From assembly GCA_051362555.1 (NCBI GenBank), contig CM120641.1:14756001-14820000 (forward strand): a DNA stretch of 64,000 nt, in the 5' to 3' direction. Under the pieces are notes generated by a model. It searched no databases. It was not told the DNA's origin and worked only from the letters and a program-made list of their open reading frames with translations. This document shows, one piece after another, positions 51,938-64,000 of the stretch. Positions within the stretch are counted from its first letter, which is position 1; each line of letters begins with the position of its first letter. The position numbers were made by a program, and so were the translations under genes. The DNA comes from Lingula anatina (Eukaryota; Animalia; Brachiopoda).

Positions 51938-54900
51938 TCACACATCTGAGGAGCCACTTTTTGGCAACACAGTCAGCAATGTTGATAACCCTGGTCTGTT
52001 TGAGGTGGTTGTTTCTGGAACAGTCCTGAGGGAGGTTGTCAATGGAGGTAGTAAGCCCTGCCTTTTAGAGATCTCTGGAGGATTCTCTGGGTGGATAGTT
52101 AAGGGCTGGAGAAGTCCAGTTTTCCCTGATACACCAAGAACAGGTGGGCGTTTGCTTGATATTCTCTTCTTGGAATTAGTCATTAGTTGTGTTTTCAACT
52201 CTGAACTGTGAAAAGTAGAAAAACTGATAGGTTTAAGTAGTCTTTGGTTCTTATCCAGTCTCAGTGGTACATGTGAAAGTGGTGGATTATGGAAAAATTC
52301 TGGGAAGGTAAGAGCAGCTGGTGGTGAGGAGAGGATGACCTCATCAGGGGCTGGTATGGTTTCCTCTTTAGTTTCGTAGGACGGACTGCTCTCTGGCATT
52401 GGTGGCCTTTTTCTGAAACTATAAGAAAGTAATAACAATTAAAATTAGCATCCTTAACATATGAAAAACTTCTCTTTTGTGAACATAAGTGATATTTGTA
52501 AATGGTTTCTTGCTAATGCTGGTTAGGTGAGGCATCATTATAGTTTCAAGATGTCATTGATATCATTTTACAACCATATGGTCCAATTATTCATCTACAA
52601 TTGGGTCTTTCAAAGTAGGGAATTTATTCTAGATATCCATTTGGAGAATTAATTACTTAATAAGCCTAACTGTGTTTATTCTGTCATTGATGTACATCAG
52701 TGTGAAGTGCTATAGCTACATAAGGGGTGAGATATTTAGTAAGTTAATGTACATTTATGATGGACTGGTTATAAAGAACTTAAGCTGAAGGAGGAGTCTT
52801 TTAATTTCCGATTGACGACAATCTGTTCTTTCTTGTATCTTGATATTTTTTCCCTGTGAGGTCTCATAAATTAAAAAAAAAAAGGAATGCAGGTAAAACT
52901 ATGGAAAGACAATATACAAGGCCAGAGAATCATTATTTTGTATTGCCAACTCCAAGCAGGTGAGTGCATTGTCTTGATTGATGTGATATCTAAATAAGCA
53001 ATTAATTTATCATAATAATTATCTTTTGAATTGTACAACTATTTGCTTATTGGGTTTAAGGATGTAGCAAGTATTTTTCCTCTGGTTGTCACACAAAAAT
53101 CCTCACTTTAACAAAGAAAAATAAGATTTAAAAAATCTTCGATGTCCTGTTTTTTAGGAACTTGAGTACAATATTTATTGGACACAACCATGTAAAAATT
53201 TATCACATAAGCGTGAACTTACCATTTGTAATAAATCAGCAGCAGTAGTCCCACTGTCAGCAAAATGCCAATAACAACAAAGATGAATGCCCAGTCAGGT
53301 AAAGTCCCCGGTTCAAGAGACACTGTTATGTCTTGAAAAGTGTCAGTTTGATTATAAGTTGTAGAGGTTGATGGTGATGATGATGTGGGATTTATTGAAA
53401 TATTAGGGATAGTCTTTGGTGGACTAATAAACACTGAATGGGTAGATGTAGTAAGTATCATCCCTTGGGTTGTCATAGAAGGGGAGATGACATGTGATGA
53501 AGTCAAAGGTGAATATGTTTTGCTTGAGAGTGTTGAAGTTTGGGCACTAAGAGCTGTGGAAGTTACTACTGTAACAGCACTTGGCGTCTTAATTGCTGAG
53601 ATAATACTGTTATAACTTATGGGCTCTGATGTTGAGTACAAGTGACCAGAGGCATGTGGTGGTGTTGAATGTATAGAGCTAAGGGGCAGGGTATCTACTG
53701 GTACAAAGGATGAGTAAAAAACACTTGAAGAGGTAGAATGGAAGAGATTGCCATTAAGGGAGGTATGTCTTATCCAGTGGGTACCTGAAGTAGTTGTCCT
53801 GTGGGAGGTAGCTGATACAGTTGCAAGTAAAGATGCAGTAAAAGCCCTTGCAGGTGAAGATTGAGGTAGACTGGTTACATCTGATGAGGCAGTGAGGACT
53901 GTAATGTTTAAAAGTTGGTTTGCTTGAGATGAGGGGTTTGGGGAGGTAGCAGCTTGAGATGTAAGACTAAAGGATGTGGTGAATTTAGGTAGGGGACTTG
54001 GAAGTGGGATAGTTGCAGTTGATAGATGTAGGAGTGGGGTAGTTTCAGTTAAGGGGTTAAGGAATGAGGTGGTAGCCAATGAAACAATTAGGAAATGAGA
54101 AGAGCCATATAAAAGGCCTGAGGTAGTGGTTAGTTGAGATATAAAGCTATTTAGGGGAAGGGTAGTTTCAGATGACAAGACTGGGAGTGGAGTTCCTTCA
54201 GATGAAAAGCTAAATGGTGTGCTTGGTTCAGATTGAAGATTTAAGGATGTGGGTGGTTCAGATGGAAGGCTTAAAGATTCAGTTGGCTCAGATGGAAGGC
54301 TTAATGATTTCGTTAATTCAGATGATTCAGTTTGAAGGCTTAAGAATGTGGCTGGCTCAGATTGTGGGTTAAGAGATGAGGTTTGATCAAAAAGAAGACT
54401 GAGGGGTGTGATTGGTTCAGTTGGAATGCTCAGGGGTGTGGGTGGTTCAGACGGAATGCTTAAAGATTCAGTTGGTTCAGATGGAAGGCTTAATGATTTC
54501 GTTAATTCAGATGATTCAGTTTGAAGGCTTAAGAATGTGGCTGGCTCAGATGGTGGGTTAAGAGATGAGGTTTGATCAAAAAGAAGACTGAGGGGTGTAA
54601 TAGGTTCAGTTGGAATGCTCAGGGGTGTGGGTGGTTCAGATGGAAGGCTTAAAGATTCAGTTGGTTCAGATGGAAGGCTTAATGATTTCGTTAATTCAGA
54701 TGATGCAGTTTGAAGGCTTAAGAATGTGGCTGGCTCAGATTGTGGGTAAAGAGATGAGGTTTGATCAAAAAGAAGACTGAGGGGTGTGATTGGTTCAGTT
54801 GGAATGCTCATGGGTGTGGGTGGTTCAGATGGAAGGCTAAGGAAAGAGGAAGGTTCAGAAGGAAGGCTTAGTAAAGAGGTAGGTTCAGAAGGAAGGCTTA

Positions 54901-56527
54901 GAAATGAGGTAGGTTCAGAAGGAAGGCTTAGGAATGAGGTAGGTTCAGATGGAAGGCTTAGGAATGAGGTAGGTTCAGATGGAAGGCTTAGTAAAGAGGA
55001 AGGTTCAGAAGGAAGGCTTAGGAATGAGGTAGGTACAGATGGAAGGCCCAGGAATGAGGTAGGTTCAGATGAAAGGCTTAGGGTTTTTGTTGTTTCATTT
55101 GGAAGGCTTAAGAATGAGGATGGTTCAGACAGAAGACTGAGAGTTGTGATTGGCTTAGATGGAAGGCTCACGGATGGGATTGGTTCAGATGGAAAACTTA
55201 AGAAAGAGATTGGTTCAGATGGAGGTATTAAGGATGAAGTTGGTGTAAATGGAAGGCTTAAAGTTGCAGTAGGTTCAAATGGAAGGCTTAGAGGTGTGCT
55301 TGATTCAGATGGGAAGCTTTGGGATGGTGCAGGTGTGAGCCATTGGGATGTGGTTGGTTCAGACTTATGGCTTAGGAATGTGGTTGGGTCAGATGACAAG
55401 GTTAGGTTGGTATCATGTTGATTGTTTATGGTTGTGGTTGGATCAATAAGACTTAGAAATGAGGTTGGTTTTGATGGAAGGCTAAGGAATGTGTTTGGTT
55501 TAGACAGAAGGCTGAGGGATGTGATTTGTTCAGATGTAAGGGCAAGGAATGTGGTTAGTTCAGACGAATGGCCTAGTGATGTGGTTGATGGGTGGACCGT
55601 TTCACTGAAGGATGGCGATAAACCATACGATGATGGAGCCCCGACTGAAGTTGGGAAAGATGAGTGGAAAAATGACATTGAATCATATCGCGGTATATCC
55701 ATTGATCTCAAAACGCTTTGGGATGACTGAGCGGGGTTTTTGTCAGCAAACGATCCCGCTCCAAGTTTTAAAGAGAATGTGAAACTTGAACTGCTGAATA
55801 CGTTCTCCTTTGTGTTTCCATCAGCTGTCTCAACCTGCGTCGTTATCCCAAGGGCGGAAGTATTTGACCGGGATACAGAAGGGATATACATCAAAGTGTC
55901 CAAAGATGCCACTGCTGATGCCGTGATGTGTTCTGCGTAAGTGAATGCATCTGATGGCTTTACTGAATCAACATTTTTGTCAGTAGATGGCGGTGTATTA
56001 GTTCTTATAATTTCCGAATTCCCTGAGCTAAAATATCCAACAGGAACACTGAAAAACGAAGGACTTGACACGGCTGTTGTCGGTTTAAAAGCATTTTCTC
56101 TTTCTGTCGCAGCCAATGGCACGTCTAATCGCGTGCTTTGAAGAAGAAGGGTGCCCCCTGGGACAGTGTCCAAGGCTGATACGCTGGTAGTTGGTAGTAT
56201 TGGCTCAACTGAAGCTGAATCAGTTGAGGTTGTGAATACATTGCGCATTGCTGATGTTGTGAACGTACTCTTTGCCGTAGCTGTAACGGTGACTGTCACA
56301 GTAACGGTCACTGTTACTGTAACAGTTGGCGTTGTTTCAGTAGCCAAAGTACTTACGATTTCAATCAGTTCCCTCGTGGATGGCTGAGTTTGTGTGACGC
56401 CCGTGCTGTCTGGAATTCGGACAGACGCTGAAGTCATGTCCCCCAGAATCGTCGATGTGGAAAAAGACGGATGGACCAATAAAACCAAACAATACAATAC
56501 TAACAGCGTGCACTTACAATTCTTCAT
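51938..56527 (-). CDS. Type-I transmembrane mucin-like protein (signal peptide, ~1050-aa Ser/Thr/Pro-rich ectodomain, TM, Pro-rich cytoplasmic tail); exons 56527-53223 and 52418-51938
   Basis: 1105-aa ORF; MKNCKCTLLVLYCLVLLVHPSFS signal; PTS repeats; TM WAFIFVVIGILLTVGLLLLIYY. A phase-2 GT-AG intron joins YYK-C-FRKRPP in frame with the 51938 ORF. Confidence 0.85.
54200..55560 (-). repeat. Coding minisatellite: 33-bp (11-aa SLPSEPTSFLS-type) units plus three 189-bp (63-aa) higher-order units
   Basis: AGGTTCAGA(T/A)GGAAGGCTTA repeats every 33 bp at 54830-55080; anchor TTAATGATTTCGTTAATTCAGATG at 54301, 54490, 54679. Confidence 0.92.
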
Positions 56528-59500
56528 AATGAGCAATTATTTCCATAAACTAATTATATCTTCTCAAAGTTTCACCAAAAGCGTAGTTTTGATTCATGAA
56601 AACATAAATGTACTTTTAATTCACCCAACATCCATTGCGCAATCTTCTGTAACTGATCGTTGCTTGTATTTATTTGAACTTACAAGGGAACTTACTGCTT
56701 AGCACCTCCGCAATATAATTAATCTTCATCGTTAATTGACAAACCGATAAACCGCCAAAGAGCGCTACGATAAACCGGCCCGATCGATGAAATAAAGTAT
56801 AGCTGCCCACCTGTTAATTGAGTTACTTCTTGTTGACATAAGTCCAGGAAAACCAAGATGACTTTGTTGGGTTGTGCTACGCCTTTGTTATGTTGTACAG
56901 TTACCTGATATCCACACTGTGAGGTCATGGTTTTTTCGTTTGTTACATGCCAGAGAGGAGAATTATTTTATCAAGATATCAAGATAAATTTAGTTATTCT
57001 GTGATGGGCTGACCAGGTTTAAAAACGATTACAAAAATGAAATGTTTTGATGAATTTTTTTGGTATTCCCATTTTTTATTTTAGTTTTTTATAAGAACAA
57101 AAAATAGCATGAAGCATAAATAAGAGAAATATAAAGACCACGTACATAACTTAAACCCGGTGCAATAGATATAATGTACATGGTCAATTTTTTGCTATAA
57201 CTGTTTCCTTGCTTATTATTCCGAGTCAGTGGTACGGTGGTATCCAATGCACCTATAGAATACATGTTCACCAAATAGTGTTAGCACTACTGCAATGATC
57301 TAGTAGAAGTGACGCAGCAACCCCGCACTACTCCTAACACATTCATTTTTAGCAGTTTTGGGCGAAGTCCAGTTTATATATACTGATGTACTAATCTTTG
57401 TTTCCAATAACTGCGTGTTAAGTGAATCTCCTCTGATACTTGTCCTAAAATTAAAGAAACGAAAATGCGTGATTGTACTCCTAACGTCGCACAATTTTGT
57501 GGAGGATCGACCTTTTTAATGTTTTTAAGAAACGAATTTTTTCATTAAAAAAATATAAATATGTATATATTTGCAGAAATTCACCTGGTTTTATTTTCCC
57601 TTACATTTCTCGACACTGTTAGCGATCTGCTGCCTGCTTGTCCCCCCCCCCCCCTCCAACCGCAGCCTTGCCCCCCCCCCCCCACCCCCCACCCCCCTCT
57701 CGTCTTTACTTTAACTGCCTTCTTCACTCCACGCTCATTAATGCTAATCATAGCTACGGACATGTGTCTTTTGTCATGTCAAATACAAAACACTAGTGAG
57801 CGCCGGGGGAAAGGGGCTTTATAAAAAGCTTTCCAAATATCTTGTATTGTAAACATGCTGAATATCATTCGTCACTTAGTTTATGTGGTTGGTTATGTTT
57901 CATTGCTGGTTGTACATGCTGAGCTGTCAGCCATTTTGTAGACTTTGCGACCTTGGGGCACGAAGGCAGTGTAAATCCATAAGCATCGTGTGCAACGAAG
58001 TCCGTCAAAACATTCTCTAAAGGAAATAATGAAGCATTACGAAATAAAGACCCATATTTGTACGAAGCAATATCCACCTAAAAGAAACCTTTCAATGGAT
58101 TGCAATCCAGTGAATTATACGTTGCAGCAGGAAGGCGCTATATTACTACGAGTTCTCCTTTCGAGCTACTTGCTTTTGGACATATTTGAGTGTAATAAGT
58201 TTAGGACATTAATTCCCCTCCTGAGGTCAGACTATTGAGTTTTGCCGTGAGATCGGGGGTAAATTGATTAAAGCCTGGTTGTAGTTAGTGATGGTTCTTC
58301 CGTCAACTGTAATATTGCGATCTTTTTTCTTCTAAAACATATGGGAGAAGGGAAGTCTATTCAGGATGTCATGCACTTGCTTTCTATTTTTTGTGTTATT
58401 TTTTTCAATAGATAAGGCAGTAACAGTTGTATTATTAGCATTGAAGAAAGTACTAAAAATACAAAATGTAAAGGTTCCACATTTAGATGTAGGGGAAAAG
58501 TGGGAGGGTTAAGCAATTTCCTGCTACCATTTATTCACTTAGTGCAATTGTTTTTCTCTTGGCTAGACAATCCTGTCCCTCCGGAAGTATCATTTCCGTT
58601 TGCCAGTTTTTCATTTTCTGCATCACTTATCGGTGACAAGTCGAAAGATTCAATGATTTCGGTTACTCTTAAGCTGGTATGGGGAGCGGTCCTTGGACAA
58701 GTGAAGGTTCATTTAGAGGGGTTAAATGTTGTTCAAAGTGAGGCCTTACGGGATTTGTCGATTTCCATAATATGGCATTAATAAAAGACCAAGTGAAAAT
58801 TTCTCTCGTACTTAAGTATATATATTTTTATTTTTAAATTCACCCATGGACCACCGAAGAAACGGAATTTCCGTAAGATCAAACGTGCATGGTCTCCGAT
58901 CCCATTCGACACAGACAGCTCGGGTAAAATTGCAGGTTTCTGGCCACATTTACGCAGGTTGATTTCAACTGTGCCTAGTATTGCATAGTATTTCCCTACA
59001 AAGAAAGTTTTGAGACAACGTAAGGGATATGTACTTTTAGCAAAATATTTATTTCGAATCGATCGCGGTTTCGGTTTTCATTTTGGCTGGTCACGACTAT
59101 TGCCATATATGGATTGCAAGGTTAATTCGCTCGTGTTGGCGGTCGCAAATCGTCGGAGGGTTTTTTTTTAGCTGCGAAGGGCAAATTAAATCTGTTCGAC
59201 ATATTTTTTTCACGCAACATGAATCTTCCGTGTTTTATCTAACCAGTACAACGAAAATATGAGTGAGATGTAGATGAGAAAGTTGAATATTATCTGGTTA
59301 ACATTGCCATTATAATTACCCCAGAAATGAATATCGTTTTTTGAGTGATAAATACATTATCAAAAATGTGAATTTCTTGACGTCTGTAAACTTGATATCC
59401 AGGTCAGAGTAAATTATGTTCGTTTTAATTACTGAATTTTGGTCTTCGAATCGGGAATGGTGGCCAAGATAGGTACAGCGCGAGAGGCGTCAATTTACTG

Positions 59501-60926
59501 TAAGTTATGATTTCACATTGCACGTACGTCAAACCTAGTTCTCAAATCAATAAATGACTGACAGTCGACGATCATAAGCGACAGTATGGGTTCTTGTTTT
59601 TATGACCTATTTAGCTAGTTGTAACACTCCTTTCAAACAATGACTTACCCCATATGATAGTTTGAACTCTTGTGAAAAACGCATGATAAAATTTACATTA
59701 TAATGAGTGTCAGGAGTAACCCATGGAATCTGTCTCTTGGGTAACTGGAATATCCCAGAATACAGTTCGCCGTGATGTTGACTCGACTCCAATGTAAATT
59801 AAACTCCACTGTGAATTTCTCTAGAAGTACAGAGCGGAAATGAAAAAGGTGCGTTGTCACAATGAAAGTTTGGGGTCTACGGAATCTGTACAAATATCAG
59901 CGAAAGAGTATCATACTAAGCACTGATCAGATTTTAAAATGCTTGCGTCTTAGAATTGGATTTTGCAGCGATCTACTACTAGATGAGACCGGTGATTTGA
60001 GCGCTTGCACATTAAAGATGTATACTACAATAACCCAGGCAATCCTCGTTCAGATATGATACCTGCATTGTTTAGAGCACTTCCACTAACTTCCATCAAA
60101 TTACCGATGCGCCGGGAGATAGTGCATACTGTCTACCCGGACGATCTTTAATGAAACACCACTTCACTTTTTCCTGAAAATATCTGGCATTGAGAATTGG
60201 AAAATATCCCTTTGCCTCTGAATGCTTTGTCCCGCGTTTATTTGTACAACCGGCCTATAATACTGACACTCAAGCATGTTGACGAGGTCAGGTGAACGCC
60301 ACTTACTGCTGAGGTTGCGGATCGGTTTGTGTTTAGTATTGCGGCTCACATGGAAGGAGTTCCCGTAATTTTTTTTACATTTCCATTTGAAATAAAAATG
60401 TAGAACCATGTCATTTTTATTCGCAACGGTAGATAATACTTACAAGTGTGTATAACAAACTCAAAAATGCTCCACAGAGTATTTCTTAATAGGGCCTAAC
60501 GGAAGAGTAGTAGCCATTTGCTAACGTCATCGTTTATCGACCAATCGGATTTCAACAAAGTTTTCGTGATATCTGAATATCAATGTTTTATTTCGACATA
60601 TTAATATTTTTGGAAAAGGGGGCTACCACCTCCGCTCAATTTCGTAACCATTCCCTGCTAGAATAAATATACTAACTTGCGCTATACAGACAGAAGAAAG
60701 AGTTAATGAAAAGTAAGCAGATGAATACCTTAAAGTGTCAGATAATTAACGTTGAATTTTTTCATTACAGAAGTCTAACTCCTGGGTTTCAGAGGTCTGT
60801 AGACGTCTCTTCATATTAACAAGCATATTTATCTTATTACATGTCGTCGTTAAGTCCATAGGATTACAGCACACCTACGGTGATAATTATGAAGAAAGAC
60901 ACCTTTACTTCTTTAAACATCTGTTA

Positions 60927-61157
60927 GAGACCATTCCCACAGATATTTAGATCGATCTATCCCCCTGGGGACTCTCAATAGATTGCTGTCAGCTAACCGG
61001 CTTAAATGTCTGTCCCGCCTACTAAAAGCTGTAAGGGGGTTACGGTTATTAACTTTTGTGCGCGCTCAGCTCCCGGAAGCTGACAGCAATTTAGCGTGAA
61101 CCCCCAGGGAGTTAGGTCGATCCATATGGGTCGATCTAAATCTGTGGGAACCCAGTC
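60927..61157. mobile_element. PIF/Harbinger(Tourist)-like MITE, copy B
   Basis: GAGACCATTCCCACAGAT...ATCTGTGGGAACCCAGTC flanked by TTA; shares GTCTGTCCCGCCTACTAAAAG and GAACCCCCAGGGAGTTAGGTCGATC with the reverse complement of 7957-8153. Confidence 0.78.
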
Positions 61158-62022
61158 TTAGTGACGCTAATCCGATACAAGGAATGCATGACCGTCAGTT
61201 CTGTCACGCTTACAGTTATATACGCGTTGAGCTTATGCTCATTTTATCATAATCACGATAGCTGACGAATTATTCTGAACAGCATCATTGTCGCGTTCTC
61301 AGATACAGCCAGCGAGTTCTTCGAGCTCGCGCTCGGAAAATATACTTCACCTGCTATCAACTTGCACGGTACAAGATTCAACGTCAATCTTGTCAATAGA
61401 CCCCCGCTGAGATTAATTACACTGTTTTGATTGCATCACGAAGAACGGTGGCTGTGAGGCGGGTCGTGTCAGTACATGTCACCGGCATACTGGAGATCTG
61501 GTCAGTAAAATTTGCTTGGAAACCAAGAGCACGACTTGATACTGAAGACAGGATTGAATTGACTATAATGAGAAAACGTGTGTAGATGAATTTGCATGAC
61601 CAAAATGATGCAGGGACTTTACAGCCAAGACTTTTATAGAACAATTCATAACAGGTGCGTATGTTCTATTTTAACTTTTTCTTTGCTTTTTTGCCCCGCA
61701 GCGATGAACAGTTATGGATATCGGCAGGCAGTACAGGTGTGGGTGGGATGACATGTCGCAAACAAGCCTTGTTCAGCGTGCGTGACTTGACGGTTGTTTT
61801 CTTGTATCTTTAGTATGGCTAATATGCATGGGCAAAGACGAACGTAGAATAGTATTGAGGAGAGGGGTGGTGATAACCTAACGTCAAATAACAGACCATC
61901 AGTGCATGTTCACAAGGTAGGGGGTTATACATTTTGGGGATCTTTGAACGGGGGGGGAGGGGGGTAATTATTTGTTGCCTAATAGGAGGGGGTGAGAACG
62001 TCACCCATGGTTTTTGACCGAA

Positions 62023-62025
<3 letters not shown>

Positions 62026-62072
<47 letters not shown>
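62026..62072. repeat. (GT)n microsatellite
   Basis: Direct. Confidence 0.9.
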
Positions 62073-62073
<1 letters not shown>

Positions 62074-64000
62074 CGGGTAGGTGGTTTATCTGCTTGTCTG
62101 TGTGTGTATGTGGGGAGGTAATCTGTTGTTTCAGCTAGGGGGTCATGTACATGTACTACAGCATATGTTGGATGACTTCACATGTTATCATCGTATTTTG
62201 AGAAAGGATGGGAGAGAATCTGGATACATTCGAGGAAGTTCGATATCGCGTGTAAATGGTATGGACATCCTGGATAATTCTTTTTTTTTTTCCACCTAGG
62301 GATAAGGACTCACTTTTTCTGTAGACCAAATAAAAACTACCATAGCCAACTCCTCAAATTGATCATGGTTTCGGTCTTAAAAGCGCGTGAATTCTTTGCC
62401 TCATTTCGCGTGTTGATTGCTCTCGAAATTGTGCTTGAAGTGTCCGCGTTTTTTCTTGCGCACGAAGGCGAGAGGGCGAGCGACAGCGCTACTGAAGCCT
62501 TGAGTCGGAGGTTGATCTTTTCTTTTGATGTCTGTTACAATTAATGCAAATGTCTGTTTGGTCTATTGCGTAGAAAAAAGACTAAGTGGAGAATAGCGAG
62601 GCAAAGTACAGTGGCAATTCATTATGTTACATGTGACCTTTAAGTTTTATTTTGTAAACTGGCATGACGTAGGTTTTGCTCAGGTTAAATAATTCTAATT
62701 TAAGATCAACACTAAACCTTTTTTTTTAAATTTAATTGGACAAGTAATTTCAAAGGCTTATTCGTCGAATGGTTGAGTAACTATTTGGGAAAAACTGAAT
62801 ACATGTAAGGAAACGGTTCGACGAAAAAATGGGCATGCGGGCGGATTTGTGTGCAACGAACACTTATTACTGTGCATGTGTCTGTGCAAGTGTAATCTAA
62901 ATAAGCAAATCAGTGCACTTCTGTAATTCCTTTAGCCATCTCATCCTTATGGAATTGGTGGATTTATTTTTCTTAAATTTAATATTTTAGGTTCGATTGG
63001 AACGTTTTACTTGTTCAGCATGTATAATCACGCTTTTCTTTGATCACGTTTTCACATGTGTTTTAGTAACCTTTAATTCATACGCAGATTGTTGTTAGTA
63101 CGTGCCTTTAAAATCAATATTTAATGTTAATCAATGAAAGTTTTCCTTCTATCTAATGATATACACTTTGTTATATGTTCGGAGACACTTTGATCAGACC
63201 GCTGAAACGCCTTGTGCGCATGTGCAGATGTATGCTTGGGCATTCACATTCCAATCCTCAATCCCTCAGAAAAGCAATCGATCTTCACAGGAATTTCACG
63301 GAAGAAACATGACTTAAATAGTCATTACCTCGTAAACCCAGGATAGCAAAAATTATTTTCTCATCGCTCTTCCCTCTCTGTATCGATGTGTATGATATAA
63401 TCAAAAGAGAATTAATACGCGCGCGCACGTGTTATTATATACCAGTAGTGGTTCTTTAGACGTGCATAGCAAGGAACAGAGAAATGATAGGAAAGGCTTT
63501 GTACTCGTGAAATGGAGGGATACAGAATGTCTGATATCGAAGAAAGATATCAAGAGATTCTGAAAAAGCTTTTTAAAAATATTCACATAACTATGGTTGC
63601 CCCAGGGCCTGTTTCACAAAAGTCTCAAGATTTTGGAATTTGTTTGATTGCTGAAATCAGATAGCCGCCTATGTAAAATCGACTTAGTGATATCGGTATA
63701 AGAGTGTTTTACGAACGATTGGGCCACAATGAATGTAGTTGACGTGCCTGAGAGGCCTATTGTCAAGCACTGAGAGTTAAAATCATTGCCAAGACAATCA
63801 CAATTTGCTCAGGGGGCTTACTTAAAAGCCCGGAAAAAAAACAAAAAAAAACAAAAAACAAAAACAGCTGAGTTACTTCTTAAATTCTTTGCGAAACGGA
63901 AATAAGCATGCTAATGCCTAGAACAAATTTTCGTAGTGTGTAACAGGCCAAATCTGCCAACGGTATTTACATTGAAAGGATTCGAAGAACGAATGCACAA

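Noticed and set aside
54786-56387. Long plus-strand ORFs with GSEGRL repeats
   Set aside because: Antisense shadow of the mucin repeat ORF.
57640-57700. C-rich tract (potential G-quadruplex on minus strand)
   Set aside because: Low-complexity homopolymer runs are common in such genomes; no supporting context.
57865-62544. Several short ORFs or possible exons (57865-58077, 58500-58781, 61417-61644, 62359-62544)
   Set aside because: No recognisable domain, stops in alternative frames and no consistent splice chain; cannot be supported without a search.
63603-63726. Possible degenerate MITE (GGCCTGTTTCACAAAA ... TTTTACGAACGATTGGGCC)
   Set aside because: TIR match is weak and no clear TSD.

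Overview
AT-rich, intron-rich eukaryotic (invertebrate; lophotrochozoan/mollusc-like by inference) genomic DNA. It holds seven protein-coding genes: the 5' part of a TRPM channel (-), TEX2 (-) head-to-head with IRE1/ERN1 (+), a single-CDS-exon ankyrin/SOCS-box gene (-) head-to-head with IFT27 (+), IFT70/TTC30 (+), and an unrecognised type-I membrane mucin-like gene (-). About 7 kb of apparently intergenic DNA follows. Non-coding DNA carries several non-autonomous DNA transposons with readable target-site duplications, a decayed Gypsy pol fragment, Helentron-like relics and a ~390-400 bp triplication upstream of IFT70. The most unusual feature is a ~0.95 kb almost fully palindromic element present twice (5853-6787 and 44053-45029, 8-bp TSDs). 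Its 388-bp outer arms are nearly identical between copies, but each copy has a different 40-nt inner segment that is mirrored in both of its own arms. Exon coordinates were read by eye and are approximate to a few nt.
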